DNA of 48,936 bases from Gemmatimonadota bacterium (GCA_036679605.1 JAZDCZ010000173.1:1-48936); one strand, 5' to 3'; positions 1 to 8,050 are shown, counted from the stretch's first letter. The notes: a model not told the origin generated them from the sequence alone. Numbers and translations are program-made.

Positions 1-829
1 CCTGAGGCGTCAGCATCGCCAGTCCGCTATGGCGGTGCTCGGTGTTGTACCAATCAAAGAAAGGCCCGCAGAAGCCACGCGTATGCTGCAGGGATCCAAA
101 CCGACTGGGAAACTCCGGCCGATACTTCATCGTCTTAAACTGCGCCTCCGAGAATGGATTGTCGGTCGACGTATACGGCCTCGAATGCGTCTTCGTCACC
201 CCCAGGTCGGCCAGCAGCAGTGCCACGGCCTTCGACCTCATCGATGAACCGCGATCCGCATGCAAGGTCAACTGATCTCGGGTGACTCCCTGTCGCTCGC
301 ACGTCTCCTCGATCAGCCGCCTGGCCAGCACTGCTGACTCCCCCTGCGCTACCATCCAGCCCACTACGTAGCGGCTGAAAACATCCAGAATCACGTACAG
401 GTAGTAGTAAGTCCATTTCGCCGGGCCCTTCAACTTCGTTATATCCCAACTCCAGAGTTCATTCGCAGCCGTGGCCAGCAGTTCAGGCGCCGCGTAGCTC
501 GGGTGCCGCAGTTGGTTGCGGCGCTCGCGCACCTCACAGTTGGCTGCCAGGATCCGGTACATCGTGCGTTCCGAGCACAGGTAGTGGCCCTCATCCAAGA
601 GAGTCGCCTGTATCTCACCCGGAGCCCGATCTGCAAAGCGTGGCTCGTGGAGAACGTCCAGCACGGCCTTGCGCTCCTGCGAAGAGAGAACCCGAGGTGA
701 AGAGCGAACTCTGGCCGGCAATCGGGGTCGGCGGAAACGGTAGTAGCTCGCCGGCGCTACACCAAGGGCTTTGCACGTGGCTCTCACCCCAAGACGCAAA
801 CCAACATCGGCAATCTTCGCCATCATCAT
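1..829 (-). CDS. IS3-family transposase OrfB (DDE integrase core), runs off the window edge
   Basis: Hand translation from ATG 829 gives MMMAKIADVG...YLCSERTMYRIL...NELWSWDITKLKGP...ILDVFSRYVVGW...LHADRGSSM...THSRPYTSTDNPFSEAQFKTMKY...WYNTEHRHSGL. It is absent from the ORF track because no stop lies inside the window. Confidence 0.93.
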   Translation of the reverse strand, partial: MMMAKIADVGLRLGVRATCKALGVAPASYYRFRRPRLPARVRSSPRVLSSQERKAVLDVLHEPRFADRAPGEIQATLLDEGHYLCSERTMYRILAANCEVRERRNQLRHPSYAAPELLATAANELWSWDITKLKGPAKWTYYYLYVILDVFSRYVVGWMVAQGESAVLARRLIEETCERQGVTRDQLTLHADRGSSMRSKAVALLLADLGVTKTHSRPYTSTDNPFSEAQFKTMKYRPEFPSRFGSLQHTRGFCGPFFDWYNTEHRHSGLAMLTPQ

Positions 830-1175
830 GTCCTGTCTCTCTCGGGCAGGTCGAGCCCCAACAGTTCCGAAAGTTTTTTTTGGACCTCCACCAGGGCCTC
901 AGCACGCTCCGCTCGGTGCCGCAACCGCCGATTCTCCCGCTCCAACCCGATGATCCGCTTCGCGCTCGGGTCAGGTGGCTTTGCTTCCGGTCCTCGCTTT
1001 CGAGTTCCTTGACCTCCCAATTCCCCCCGCTCTCGCGCAGCTCGCCAGTTCCTCAAAGTCGATGAGTACAAGCCCTCGCGCCTCAATAAAGATCCAATCT
1101 CTCCCGACTTACGGCACCGATCAGCTTCTCGCAAAATCCGCCGCTTGTACTCCAAGGTGAAACGCCGTCGCTTCG
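1..1175 (-). mobile_element. IS3-family insertion sequence, partial (left end missing; right end outside the window)
   Basis: orfA (HTH) and orfB (DDE/rve integrase) overlap at ATGA, with an A8 slippery run in orfA. No terminal inverted repeat is recognisable upstream of orfA, where the sequence switches to S9 peptidase coding DNA at ~1175. Confidence 0.9.
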
Positions 1176-1180
1176 GTCGG
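826..1180 (-). CDS. IS3-family transposase OrfA (HTH), probably 5'-truncated
   Basis: RPKRRRFTLEYKRRILREAD...GEIGSLLRREGLYSSTLRNWR...LERENRRL...LVEVQKKLSELLG is a typical IS3 OrfA. The first residues in the ORF-track version (MDMPFPVG) are the reverse strand of the peptidase fragment. Confidence 0.88.
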
Positions 1181-1919
1181 ATACCAACGGGGAAGGGCAT
1201 ATCCACTAATACTCAACGTCCACGGCGGGCCCGCAGGAGCCTATTCGAGAAGGTTCACCGGCGCCGCCGGCGCGTACATGCTGCAGTACTTCGCTCAGAA
1301 CGGCTTTGCTATTCTACGGCCCAACCCACGCGGTAGCACGGGGTACGGTAAGGAGTTTCGTTACGCCAACTACAAAGACTGGGGCTACGGCGACTACGAG
1401 GACGTGATGAGCGGGGTCGACAAGGTGATCGACATGGGAATAGCCCACCCCGACAGCCTGGCGCTCATGGGGTGGAGCTACGGTGGCTACATGACCTCGT
1501 TCATAGTCACCCGCACCAATCGGTTCAAGGCGGCCAGCATGGGCGCAGGGCTGCCCAACCTGATCAGCATGGTTTCCACGACGGACATTCCCGACTATCT
1601 GGTGGCGCACATGGGGTCGGAGTTCTGGGATGACTACGAGACATACGAGAAGCACTCCGCGATCTACCGCATAAAGAACGTCACTACGCCTACCCAGGTG
1701 ATTCACGGCGCGAGGGACCTCCGCGTACCGTTTACACAGGGGCAGGAGTTCTACGTCGCCCTCTCGCGGCGGGGGGTGCCGACGGAGATGATCGTCTACC
1801 CCAGGACTCCGCACGGACCGCGCGAGCCCAAGTTCGTGATGGACGTGTCGCAGCGCATCATGAAGTGGTTCAACACACACCTTCGCAAAGGAGTGGCTGC
1901 TGCTGCGGCAGGGCGATGA
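1176..1919 (+). pseudogene. S9 (prolyl oligopeptidase/acylaminoacyl peptidase) family, catalytic domain only, 5'-truncated
   Basis: The frame is open upstream of the track's Met (1278): VGYQRGRAYPLILNVHGGP. Catalytic motifs are GWSYGG, HGARDLRVP and PRTPHG. The N-terminal propeller and a native start are absent, and there is an in-frame stop at 1158-1160 inside IS DNA. Confidence 0.85.
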
Positions 1920-1942
1920 TCGGCATATGAGCGCCGATCATC
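1915..1942. repeat. Perfect 10-bp inverted repeat at the peptidase stop codon (possible terminator or stabilising hairpin)
   Basis: GATGATCGGC-atatgagc-GCCGATCATC, with no U-tract. Confidence 0.5.
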
Positions 1943-2012
1943 AACGGGAAGGTGTTCGCAGCGCCGCACAGTAGTTGCCGAAACGGACACGTTAGAGAGT
2001 TCAGCAGGCGTC

Positions 2013-2043
2013 TTGACGTCACAACGCTAAGACGTTAAGATGT
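2013..2043 (+). promoter_or_regulatory. Sigma70 promoter of the TA operon with overlapping 8-bp repeats (putative RHH operator)
   Basis: TTGACG(2013)-N17-TAAGAT(2036), with the ATG 7 nt after the -10. Repeats: ttgacgtc/acaacgct/aagacgtt/aagatgtt (the first is offset). Confidence 0.75.
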
Positions 2044-2047
2044 TTGT

Positions 2048-2281
2048 ATGAGCACATCAGCAAAACGAGCCACAGTCTACTTCGATTCGGACCTTCATCG
2101 GGCACTTCGTATCAAAGCAGTGGAGACGGACCGCAGTGTGTCCGATCTTGTAAACGAAGCAGTGAAACTGTCGCTGGCTGAAGACGCTGAGGACCTAGCC
2201 GCGTTCGAGGAGCGAGCTGCAGAACCGAATCTCGTGTTTGAAGACATGGTGAAGGAACTAAAGCGGCGTGGCAAGATTTAA
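2048..2281 (+). CDS. CopG/ribbon-helix-helix antitoxin
   Basis: KRATVYFDSDLHRALRIKA...SVSDLVNEAV RHH pattern with an acidic C-terminus; overlaps the toxin start. Confidence 0.88.
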   Translation: MSTSAKRATVYFDSDLHRALRIKAVETDRSVSDLVNEAVKLSLAEDAEDLAAFEERAAEPNLVFEDMVKELKRRGKI

Positions 2282-2528
2282 GGTCCTCATCAAGCGCTCT
2301 GCTTTCAAAGAACTTGAGGCCATCTCACAGAAAAAGGACCGCCAGCGGATCGTCCGAAGAATTGAGGAGTTGGCAAGCACGCCTCGGCCTCCGGGCTGCC
2401 AGAAGCTGTCGGGCCAAGATCGATATCGCATTAGGCAGGGCGAATATCGAATCGTCTACGCAGTCGCAGACGAAGAACTCATCGTCTATGTTGTGAAAGT
2501 TGGGCACCGCAAGGACGTGTATCGATGA
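2268..2528 (+). CDS. relE: RelE/ParE family type II toxin
   Basis: PRPPGCQKLSG...YRIRQGEYRIVY...VVKVGHRKDVYR; 86 aa, basic. Confidence 0.92.
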   Translation: MARFKVLIKRSAFKELEAISQKKDRQRIVRRIEELASTPRPPGCQKLSGQDRYRIRQGEYRIVYAVADEELIVYVVKVGHRKDVYR

Positions 2529-2694
2529 GACCTCTGGAACAGGTACCTTTAATTGGTGGAGTAGTGTAGTTAGACAGCTCTAACTAGCTATGTAACAATG
2601 GGTTGACGCGAGCTATCTCATGTGGATTAGAGCTAAGCCACCGGTCAAGTGGCCCGAGTGCAGTGCTGTCTGTAACTAGGAGTTGCTCGCGATT

Positions 2695-3270
2695 TCAGAT
2701 ATCCTCTAGGATCTTGTCTACCGGGCTACTCAACGGCCCCTCGTCCGTCAGGATGGCCCGCAATACATCAGCGGCCTCGGCGGCAAGATTCTCGGGATGC
2801 TTGCGATCTTTATCGAACCGCACGATGTGACCCAGCAAAATGGGCACCACTGCCTCATCGTCCTCCTCCGTGTCACCGAACGAGTCTTCGAACCTTGGAA
2901 CGCTGGCCGCCCACGGTTCCTCGGGTTCCTTCTGGCTGAACTGATCGGCCGGAAGCAGTGCGAACAGACGACATTGAAGACCGGGCTCCTGTTCGACGGC
3001 GGCGAGTCCCAGACGAACCGGCGAAGCGAATACGGACTGAGACTCCAGTTCTATGAGAGCTTCAGATGGCACGATGCTGCGAGCAATCAGCTTCTCGTTG
3101 AAGAAAGTGCCCATGCACACCATGTCTTCCGGTGTTCGATCGTCTTCCAGTGTGTTGACCGTAAGCGGCACCGACTGCTGGGTCGATACGAACGCTACGG
3201 GAATGGACGGCTGGTCGCCTTCCTCGCCCTCATAGAATTCCTCGTATTCGTCGGCTTGCCATGGTTCCAT
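2695..3270 (-). CDS. Acidic hypothetical protein
   Basis: Long ORF. The likely start is MEPWQADEYEEF at 3270, after a G-rich RBS. No family recognised. Confidence 0.7.
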   Translation of the reverse strand: MEPWQADEYEEFYEGEEGDQPSIPVAFVSTQQSVPLTVNTLEDDRTPEDMVCMGTFFNEKLIARSIVPSEALIELESQSVFASPVRLGLAAVEQEPGLQCRLFALLPADQFSQKEPEEPWAASVPRFEDSFGDTEEDDEAVVPILLGHIVRFDKDRKHPENLAAEAADVLRAILTDEGPLSSPVDKILEDI

Positions 3271-3396
3271 TGTGTATCCCCGATCAGGTGCGAAACATAC
3301 CCAGACACTATCCACCACCCAAACGGCACGGAGCTGGTCCATGGACAGGGGCCGAGCCGCTTGTCAACTTCAGGAACCTGAACCGGGGGTCGTCTC

Positions 3397-4212
3397 ATGT
3401 TTCGTGTCAATCTGTGCTCAACATTCTTGCTCGTGGCGGTTGTTGCCTGCGGACCGGCTCAAGACCCGGCGGCAGTTTTCGGCGGACAATTGGGCCGCTG
3501 GGTCGATCTTACCTACTCGTTCTCCAATGAGACCATCTACTGGCCCACTGGGACCGGCTTCAAGCTCGATGAGGTGCAGGCGGGTCAGACATCCGCAGGC
3601 TATTACTACGTGACGAATAACTATTCGGCTGCCGAGCATGGCGGTACCCACCTCGACGCTCCGCTTCACTTCGCCCGCGACATGGACGCAGCCGACGAGG
3701 TTCCTCTTGACCGGCTAATCGGCCCGGCCGTTGTAGTAGATGTCTCAGATCACGTGACGCCCGATTATCTCATAACCGTTGAAGATTTGCAGGCGTGGGA
3801 ACGAGCGCACGGCCGCATGTCCGATGGTTCCATTGTTCTGCTGCGGACCGGCTGGGGTTCGCGCTGGCCGGATCGCGCCCGATATTTAGGAACAGAGGAG
3901 ATGGGTGCAGGGGCGGTTGCCGATCTGCATTTCCCCGGCTTGTCGCCGGCTGCAGCGCAGTGGTTGATCGACGAGCGAAAGCCCGATGCTGTGGGCATTG
4001 ATACGCCGAGTATCGACTACGGTCAGTCCTCTGAGTTCGAGAGTCACGTTATCGTGTACGGTGCCAACGTGCCCGGTTTTGAGAACGTAGCCAACCTCGC
4101 TCAGCTACCTGAAGTGGGAAGCTACGTCGTTGCTCTGCCCATGAAGATCCAAGGAGGCAGCGGCGGACCGCTCAGGATAGTTGCGTGGGTGCCGTCTGGA
4201 GGTCAAAAGTGA
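3397..4212 (+). CDS. Cyclase family metal-dependent hydrolase (KynB-like), probable lipoprotein
   Basis: EHGGTHLDAPLH metal motif, LLRTGW, HFPG, GIDTPSID, ENVANL, LPMKIQGGSGGPLR, and an N-terminal lipobox-like VVAC. Confidence 0.9.
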   Translation: MFRVNLCSTFLLVAVVACGPAQDPAAVFGGQLGRWVDLTYSFSNETIYWPTGTGFKLDEVQAGQTSAGYYYVTNNYSAAEHGGTHLDAPLHFARDMDAADEVPLDRLIGPAVVVDVSDHVTPDYLITVEDLQAWERAHGRMSDGSIVLLRTGWGSRWPDRARYLGTEEMGAGAVADLHFPGLSPAAAQWLIDERKPDAVGIDTPSIDYGQSSEFESHVIVYGANVPGFENVANLAQLPEVGSYVVALPMKIQGGSGGPLRIVAWVPSGGQK

Positions 4213-4284
4213 AATGTGTAAGGTGAAAAGGTGCAGTTCTTACCGTTCGCATTGCACACTCCACCACCGTGCCACCCGCTTCTC

Positions 4285-5331
4285 TTATGACGCCACGGGT
4301 TGCTGTCCCGTGTCCGCCCTCACCGGCGGCAACCTACCGGCCAACAGCTCCGCGAGTGGACGGGTCATTTCGACTCTGGCCAGCACGATCTTCAAGACTG
4401 CTGTGATAGGTGTGGCCAGGAACATTCCCACGATACCCCAGAGCAGCCCCCAGAAGATCAGGGACAGCAAAATCGTTACCGGATGCAGGTCGAGTCTTTC
4501 CCCAATCACCATGGGCTCGATCACGTTCCCAATGATTATTTGGATCAGTCCTGGCACGGCCACGATGCCGACGATGGCCAATGTGCTGTCAAACTGGATG
4601 ATCGCGATCGGTACTGGCAGCAGCGTAGACACCACCGATCCGATGGAGGGTATGAAGTTCAAGAGGAACGCCATCACACCGAAAACCAGTGCCAGATCGA
4701 GTCCAAAGATCGAGAGAACGGTTCCAACGACCAGGCCGGTCGCAGCCGAAATCACGAACTTTGCGACAATGTAGCGTTGGACTTTGCTGTGGATCTCCTT
4801 GTAAACCCCGACCCGCTTTTCCGTTGGTTGACCCCCCATGACTAGGTAGACGACAAAAATCAGAACCAAAGTGCCGGTGGCTACGAGGTCCACGACGGTG
4901 CCGGCAGTGCTCTGTACCAAACCTAGGAGCGGAAGTCTCTTTATTCCCTCCAGCAACGGTTCCTGCCCGAGGTCGATCCCCAGTCGATCGGGAACGGAGA
5001 GCACGCGGGTAGCGATGCCATTCAACCTGTCACGGTAGATATCGGCAGAGTCCAACAGTCCGCGGGTTGAGACCGTTATTAGGAGGGCGAGGACGGTCAG
5101 GAATCCCAGGGCCGCCAGAATCGCGATCACGATAGAGAGGATCCGCGGCACCTTGACCCGGGTTTGCAGTACGTCGACCAGGGGCGAGACCAGGTAGGAA
5201 ATGAAGATCGCCAGGACGAAGGGAACCATGACCGCCCGCGTATAGGCCAGAGCGGCGGCGATCGCAACCGCCGCCAGCACGGCCAACGATCCTGGAATCA
5301 ATCGCGATTGCTCTGAGTGGATTGCTGCCAT
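4285..5331 (-). CDS. AI-2E family transporter
   Basis: Multi-TM protein with PFVLAIFISYLVSP, FLLNFIPSIGS, GNVIEP...LDLHP...FWGLLWGIVGMFLATP. Confidence 0.92.
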   Translation of the reverse strand: MAAIHSEQSRLIPGSLAVLAAVAIAAALAYTRAVMVPFVLAIFISYLVSPLVDVLQTRVKVPRILSIVIAILAALGFLTVLALLITVSTRGLLDSADIYRDRLNGIATRVLSVPDRLGIDLGQEPLLEGIKRLPLLGLVQSTAGTVVDLVATGTLVLIFVVYLVMGGQPTEKRVGVYKEIHSKVQRYIVAKFVISAATGLVVGTVLSIFGLDLALVFGVMAFLLNFIPSIGSVVSTLLPVPIAIIQFDSTLAIVGIVAVPGLIQIIIGNVIEPMVIGERLDLHPVTILLSLIFWGLLWGIVGMFLATPITAVLKIVLARVEMTRPLAELLAGRLPPVRADTGQQPVAS

Positions 5332-5442
5332 TGGTGTCTCCGTAAGCCTTTTCAGGTCCCTACAAGCACGGCACGTATCGAAATCGGATGATGTGGCGTA
5401 AGCAGCGTTGTGTCAATCAGATGGGGACAGTTGGGCTTGAGC

Positions 5443-5478
5443 ATCACCAACTGTTGCATCAATGCAACAGTCGGTGAT
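5443..5478. promoter_or_regulatory. Long palindrome between divergent genes (putative operator)
   Basis: ATCACCAACTGTTGCAT-ca-ATGCAACAGTCGGTGAT: 17-bp arms with one mismatch. Confidence 0.55.
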
Positions 5479-5558
5479 AGGAGGCTATTTGGTGTCGTTC
5501 GGAAGCAGCGATTGAGATCGAGTCGGGCGGCACACTAAGTGCCCACAAGAATGATTTC

Positions 5559-6608
5559 ATGATCTGCCCACGCTGTTCCGCCGGACAAATCTCCCAGAGC
5601 ACAGACCAATGTGTGGTCTGCGGGTTCGCCCCGCTGGGTAGTCTTGTGGTCGGAAAGCCGGTTGTGGATGAGGTTCGCGAGACTGTACAACGCGAGGTGG
5701 AGGGGTTGTTCCATATCGATCAGCTGGTGCACCACGGCACCCGATCGGTCGTCTATCAAGCTATCTCACTCAGGACTGGACAGCGGGTGGCACTCAAGGC
5801 TATCCCGCTCCAAAGAGGACTCCAGGTGGACATCGCCGAATTCGAGCGCCTAGCCTCGGTGTCCTCCTCTCTATCCCATTCGCACATGGCCCGAGTGCTG
5901 GAGTTCGGTCGGACTGGAGCGATGTTGTGGTATTCTTCAGAGTGGGTGGATGGCCGTTCGTTGCAAGAACTGCTGGATGAAGGGCCTGTAGATTTTGAAA
6001 AGTGTCTCCACATACTCGAGCAGGTCGCGAGCGCCCTCGACTACATGCACCGTCGTGGTGTTGTCCATGGCAATGTGAAGCCAAGCAACATATTGCTGGA
6101 TAGCCGCGGTTGGGCGCGAGTCGCAGATGCGTGCGTGATGAAGGCGTTCGAGTCCGATGATGGAATCGGTGACGCATTGGGTGTCGAGCCCGATTACCTG
6201 GCGCCGGAGTGTCAGCTTGGTAGAGGGCTCGGAGCCCTCTCCGATCAGTTTTCTCTTGCAGCGGTGGCTCGTAAGACGCTTGGCGGATCCGAGGAGTTGG
6301 AAGACGGCCCCGGGCGAGCGATGGTGAGGGCGCTTGCCAAAACACCGGCCAAGAGATTTCCGTCAATACTCGACTTCGTGGAGGAACTGCGTGGGGGGCC
6401 GGGGCCGGTCTCGAGCGCTGCTCAATTCCTTCTTCCAGAGGGTCGGCCCAGCCGTTCGGATGTTCTTCTGATTGATCCGGCGGACTCGGCGTCGCGTCTT
6501 CCTTCCGTCAAGGTGGCGCTGAGCGCCTTGGTCGTGTTCGCGATCATTTTCCTATCCGGGATCGTCTGGCTACGCCCGCCACTCTGGGCTTCGTGGCTAG
6601 GGCCTTAG
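5559..6608 (+). CDS. Hanks-type Ser/Thr kinase-like protein (probable pseudokinase) with N-terminal zinc ribbon and C-terminal TM helix
   Basis: CPRC...CVVC, VALK, HGNVKPSNILL, VADAC, YLAPE, SDQFSLA and a hydrophobic C-terminus. Confidence 0.85.
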   Translation: MICPRCSAGQISQSTDQCVVCGFAPLGSLVVGKPVVDEVRETVQREVEGLFHIDQLVHHGTRSVVYQAISLRTGQRVALKAIPLQRGLQVDIAEFERLASVSSSLSHSHMARVLEFGRTGAMLWYSSEWVDGRSLQELLDEGPVDFEKCLHILEQVASALDYMHRRGVVHGNVKPSNILLDSRGWARVADACVMKAFESDDGIGDALGVEPDYLAPECQLGRGLGALSDQFSLAAVARKTLGGSEELEDGPGRAMVRALAKTPAKRFPSILDFVEELRGGPGPVSSAAQFLLPEGRPSRSDVLLIDPADSASRLPSVKVALSALVVFAIIFLSGIVWLRPPLWASWLGP

Positions 6609-7529
6609 CGCAGTCTTTACCACAAACCATACATTAGCGGGTCGCTCGGCGAGCCGCCGCATGTACCATGGGAACCACTCTGCTCCGTAGCTGATCAGCA
6701 CTCGCACGCGTTGGCCGGCCTCTGCCATTCTCAGCTGATCTTCCCGCCCGATGCCGTAGAGCATCTGGACCTCGAACCTGTCATTTGCGACGTTGCGCCG
6801 GGCGGCCTCATCGATAATGCGATTCACTAGGCCAATGTCGTGCGTGCCGAACGCCGCAGTGCCACTGTCAACGCTCGAGCATGCGGAAAGCATCTTTACG
6901 GCGAGTTCCAGGAAGTTCTTGTCAACGTCCTTCTTGCGAGGGAACGCTACTGACGGCGGCTCCCGATAGGCACCCTTTACCAAACGGATGCTCGTGTGAG
7001 AATCCAGTAGCGGTTCCAAGTCTTTGGCCGTGCGGTAGAGATAGGATTGTAGGCAAACCCCGACGTTGTCGTGACTTTCCCGGCCACGCCTCAAAAGCTC
7101 CAAGGTAGGTTCTACGTACTCCGAACTTTCCATATCGAGCCAGACAAAGTTCTTCTGTCTAGCGGCCTGATCGAGCAGTGTATTGAGTTGTTCGAAGCAC
7201 ATGTCCCGACTGAGGTCGAGGCCCAATTGCGTAGGTTTTATCGAAATCTGTGATGGAATGCCGAGGTCGTGGATTTGCTCGAGGACTTGTAGGTAATGCG
7301 CGGTGACGTTTTCCGCGTCTTTGCTGCCCTCAATGTTTTCGCCCAGCAGCGTGAGGAGCGACAGCACGTCGCTTTCTGCGAGCTTCTGAGCTGCGCTCAG
7401 GGCGGCATCCGAATCTTCGCCGGGCATGAATCGTTTGACTGCACGCTTGGCAAACGAGCGTTGGGTAAACTGCCGGCTTATCCACTGGTTCTTGGATGCC
7501 CAGAGAAGGGCCTGTCGGACAAGCGCCAC
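6597..7529 (-). CDS. Monofunctional proline dehydrogenase
   Basis: RFMPGE, LLGE, ISIKPTQLG, LDMES, CLQSYLYRT, RLVKGAYREP, GTHD, EVQMLYGI, WFPWYMRRLAERPAN. Confidence 0.95.
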   Translation of the reverse strand: MALVRQALLWASKNQWISRQFTQRSFAKRAVKRFMPGEDSDAALSAAQKLAESDVLSLLTLLGENIEGSKDAENVTAHYLQVLEQIHDLGIPSQISIKPTQLGLDLSRDMCFEQLNTLLDQAARQKNFVWLDMESSEYVEPTLELLRRGRESHDNVGVCLQSYLYRTAKDLEPLLDSHTSIRLVKGAYREPPSVAFPRKKDVDKNFLELAVKMLSACSSVDSGTAAFGTHDIGLVNRIIDEAARRNVANDRFEVQMLYGIGREDQLRMAEAGQRVRVLISYGAEWFPWYMRRLAERPANVWFVVKTALRP

Positions 7530-7567
7530 TTTATACCTCGTTCTTCCTTCAATCGCTCTTGATGAGG

Positions 7568-8050
7568 TTACTTCACCGGATTTTCAGTCGGCGGCTCGTG
7601 ACCGGCTGGAGCCTCGAGAGCCTCGACTCCGGCACGCACCATCTGCGGCAACGGTGCCTTACTGCGGGATTCGTAGTTGAATGAAACGATGATCCCCGTG
7701 CCCTCGGCGACGATCTCACTTCGCTTCCGAGAGACTACAACATAGGCCATCGTAAACCTGTCATCGTCTACTTGGATGACGCGCGCACCGACGAGAACGT
7801 TGTCGGGATGATGTAAGGGACGCTTGAACCTGCAGTCTGTTGAGTGCAGAATAGCCCCAATCTTTTGCGATTCGTACGATTCAATGAAACCACAGCGTTC
7901 TAGATAGGCGATTCGGGCCGACTCGAAATACCGGAAAAATACGGTGTTGTTGACATGTCCATACGCGTCCATCTCACCCCATTGGACCGGGATTTCGATG
8001 ATTACCGGGAAACTCTCGAGCAGTTGATGCCGTAGTTGGCTGGAGGACAT
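7568..8050 (-). CDS. Acyl-CoA thioesterase (4HBT/YbgC hotdog family)
   Basis: VQWGEMDAYGHVNNTVFFRYFESAR motif; start chosen at ATG 8050. Confidence 0.9.
   Translation of the reverse strand: MSSSQLRHQLLESFPVIIEIPVQWGEMDAYGHVNNTVFFRYFESARIAYLERCGFIESYESQKIGAILHSTDCRFKRPLHHPDNVLVGARVIQVDDDRFTMAYVVVSRKRSEIVAEGTGIIVSFNYESRSKAPLPQMVRAGVEALEAPAGHEPPTENPVK

Noticed and set aside
29..1065. Several + strand ORFs over the IS (e.g. 29-247, 503-700, 640-1065)
   Set aside because: They are antisense shadows of the IS3 transposase.
2797..3381. 194-aa + strand ORF
   Set aside because: It is antisense to the acidic protein, has no motifs, and has a composition typical of a shadow ORF.
3369..3382. Palindrome TTCAGG-AA-CCTGAA between divergent genes
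   Set aside because: It is short (6-bp arms) with no convincing promoter pairing, so it could be chance.
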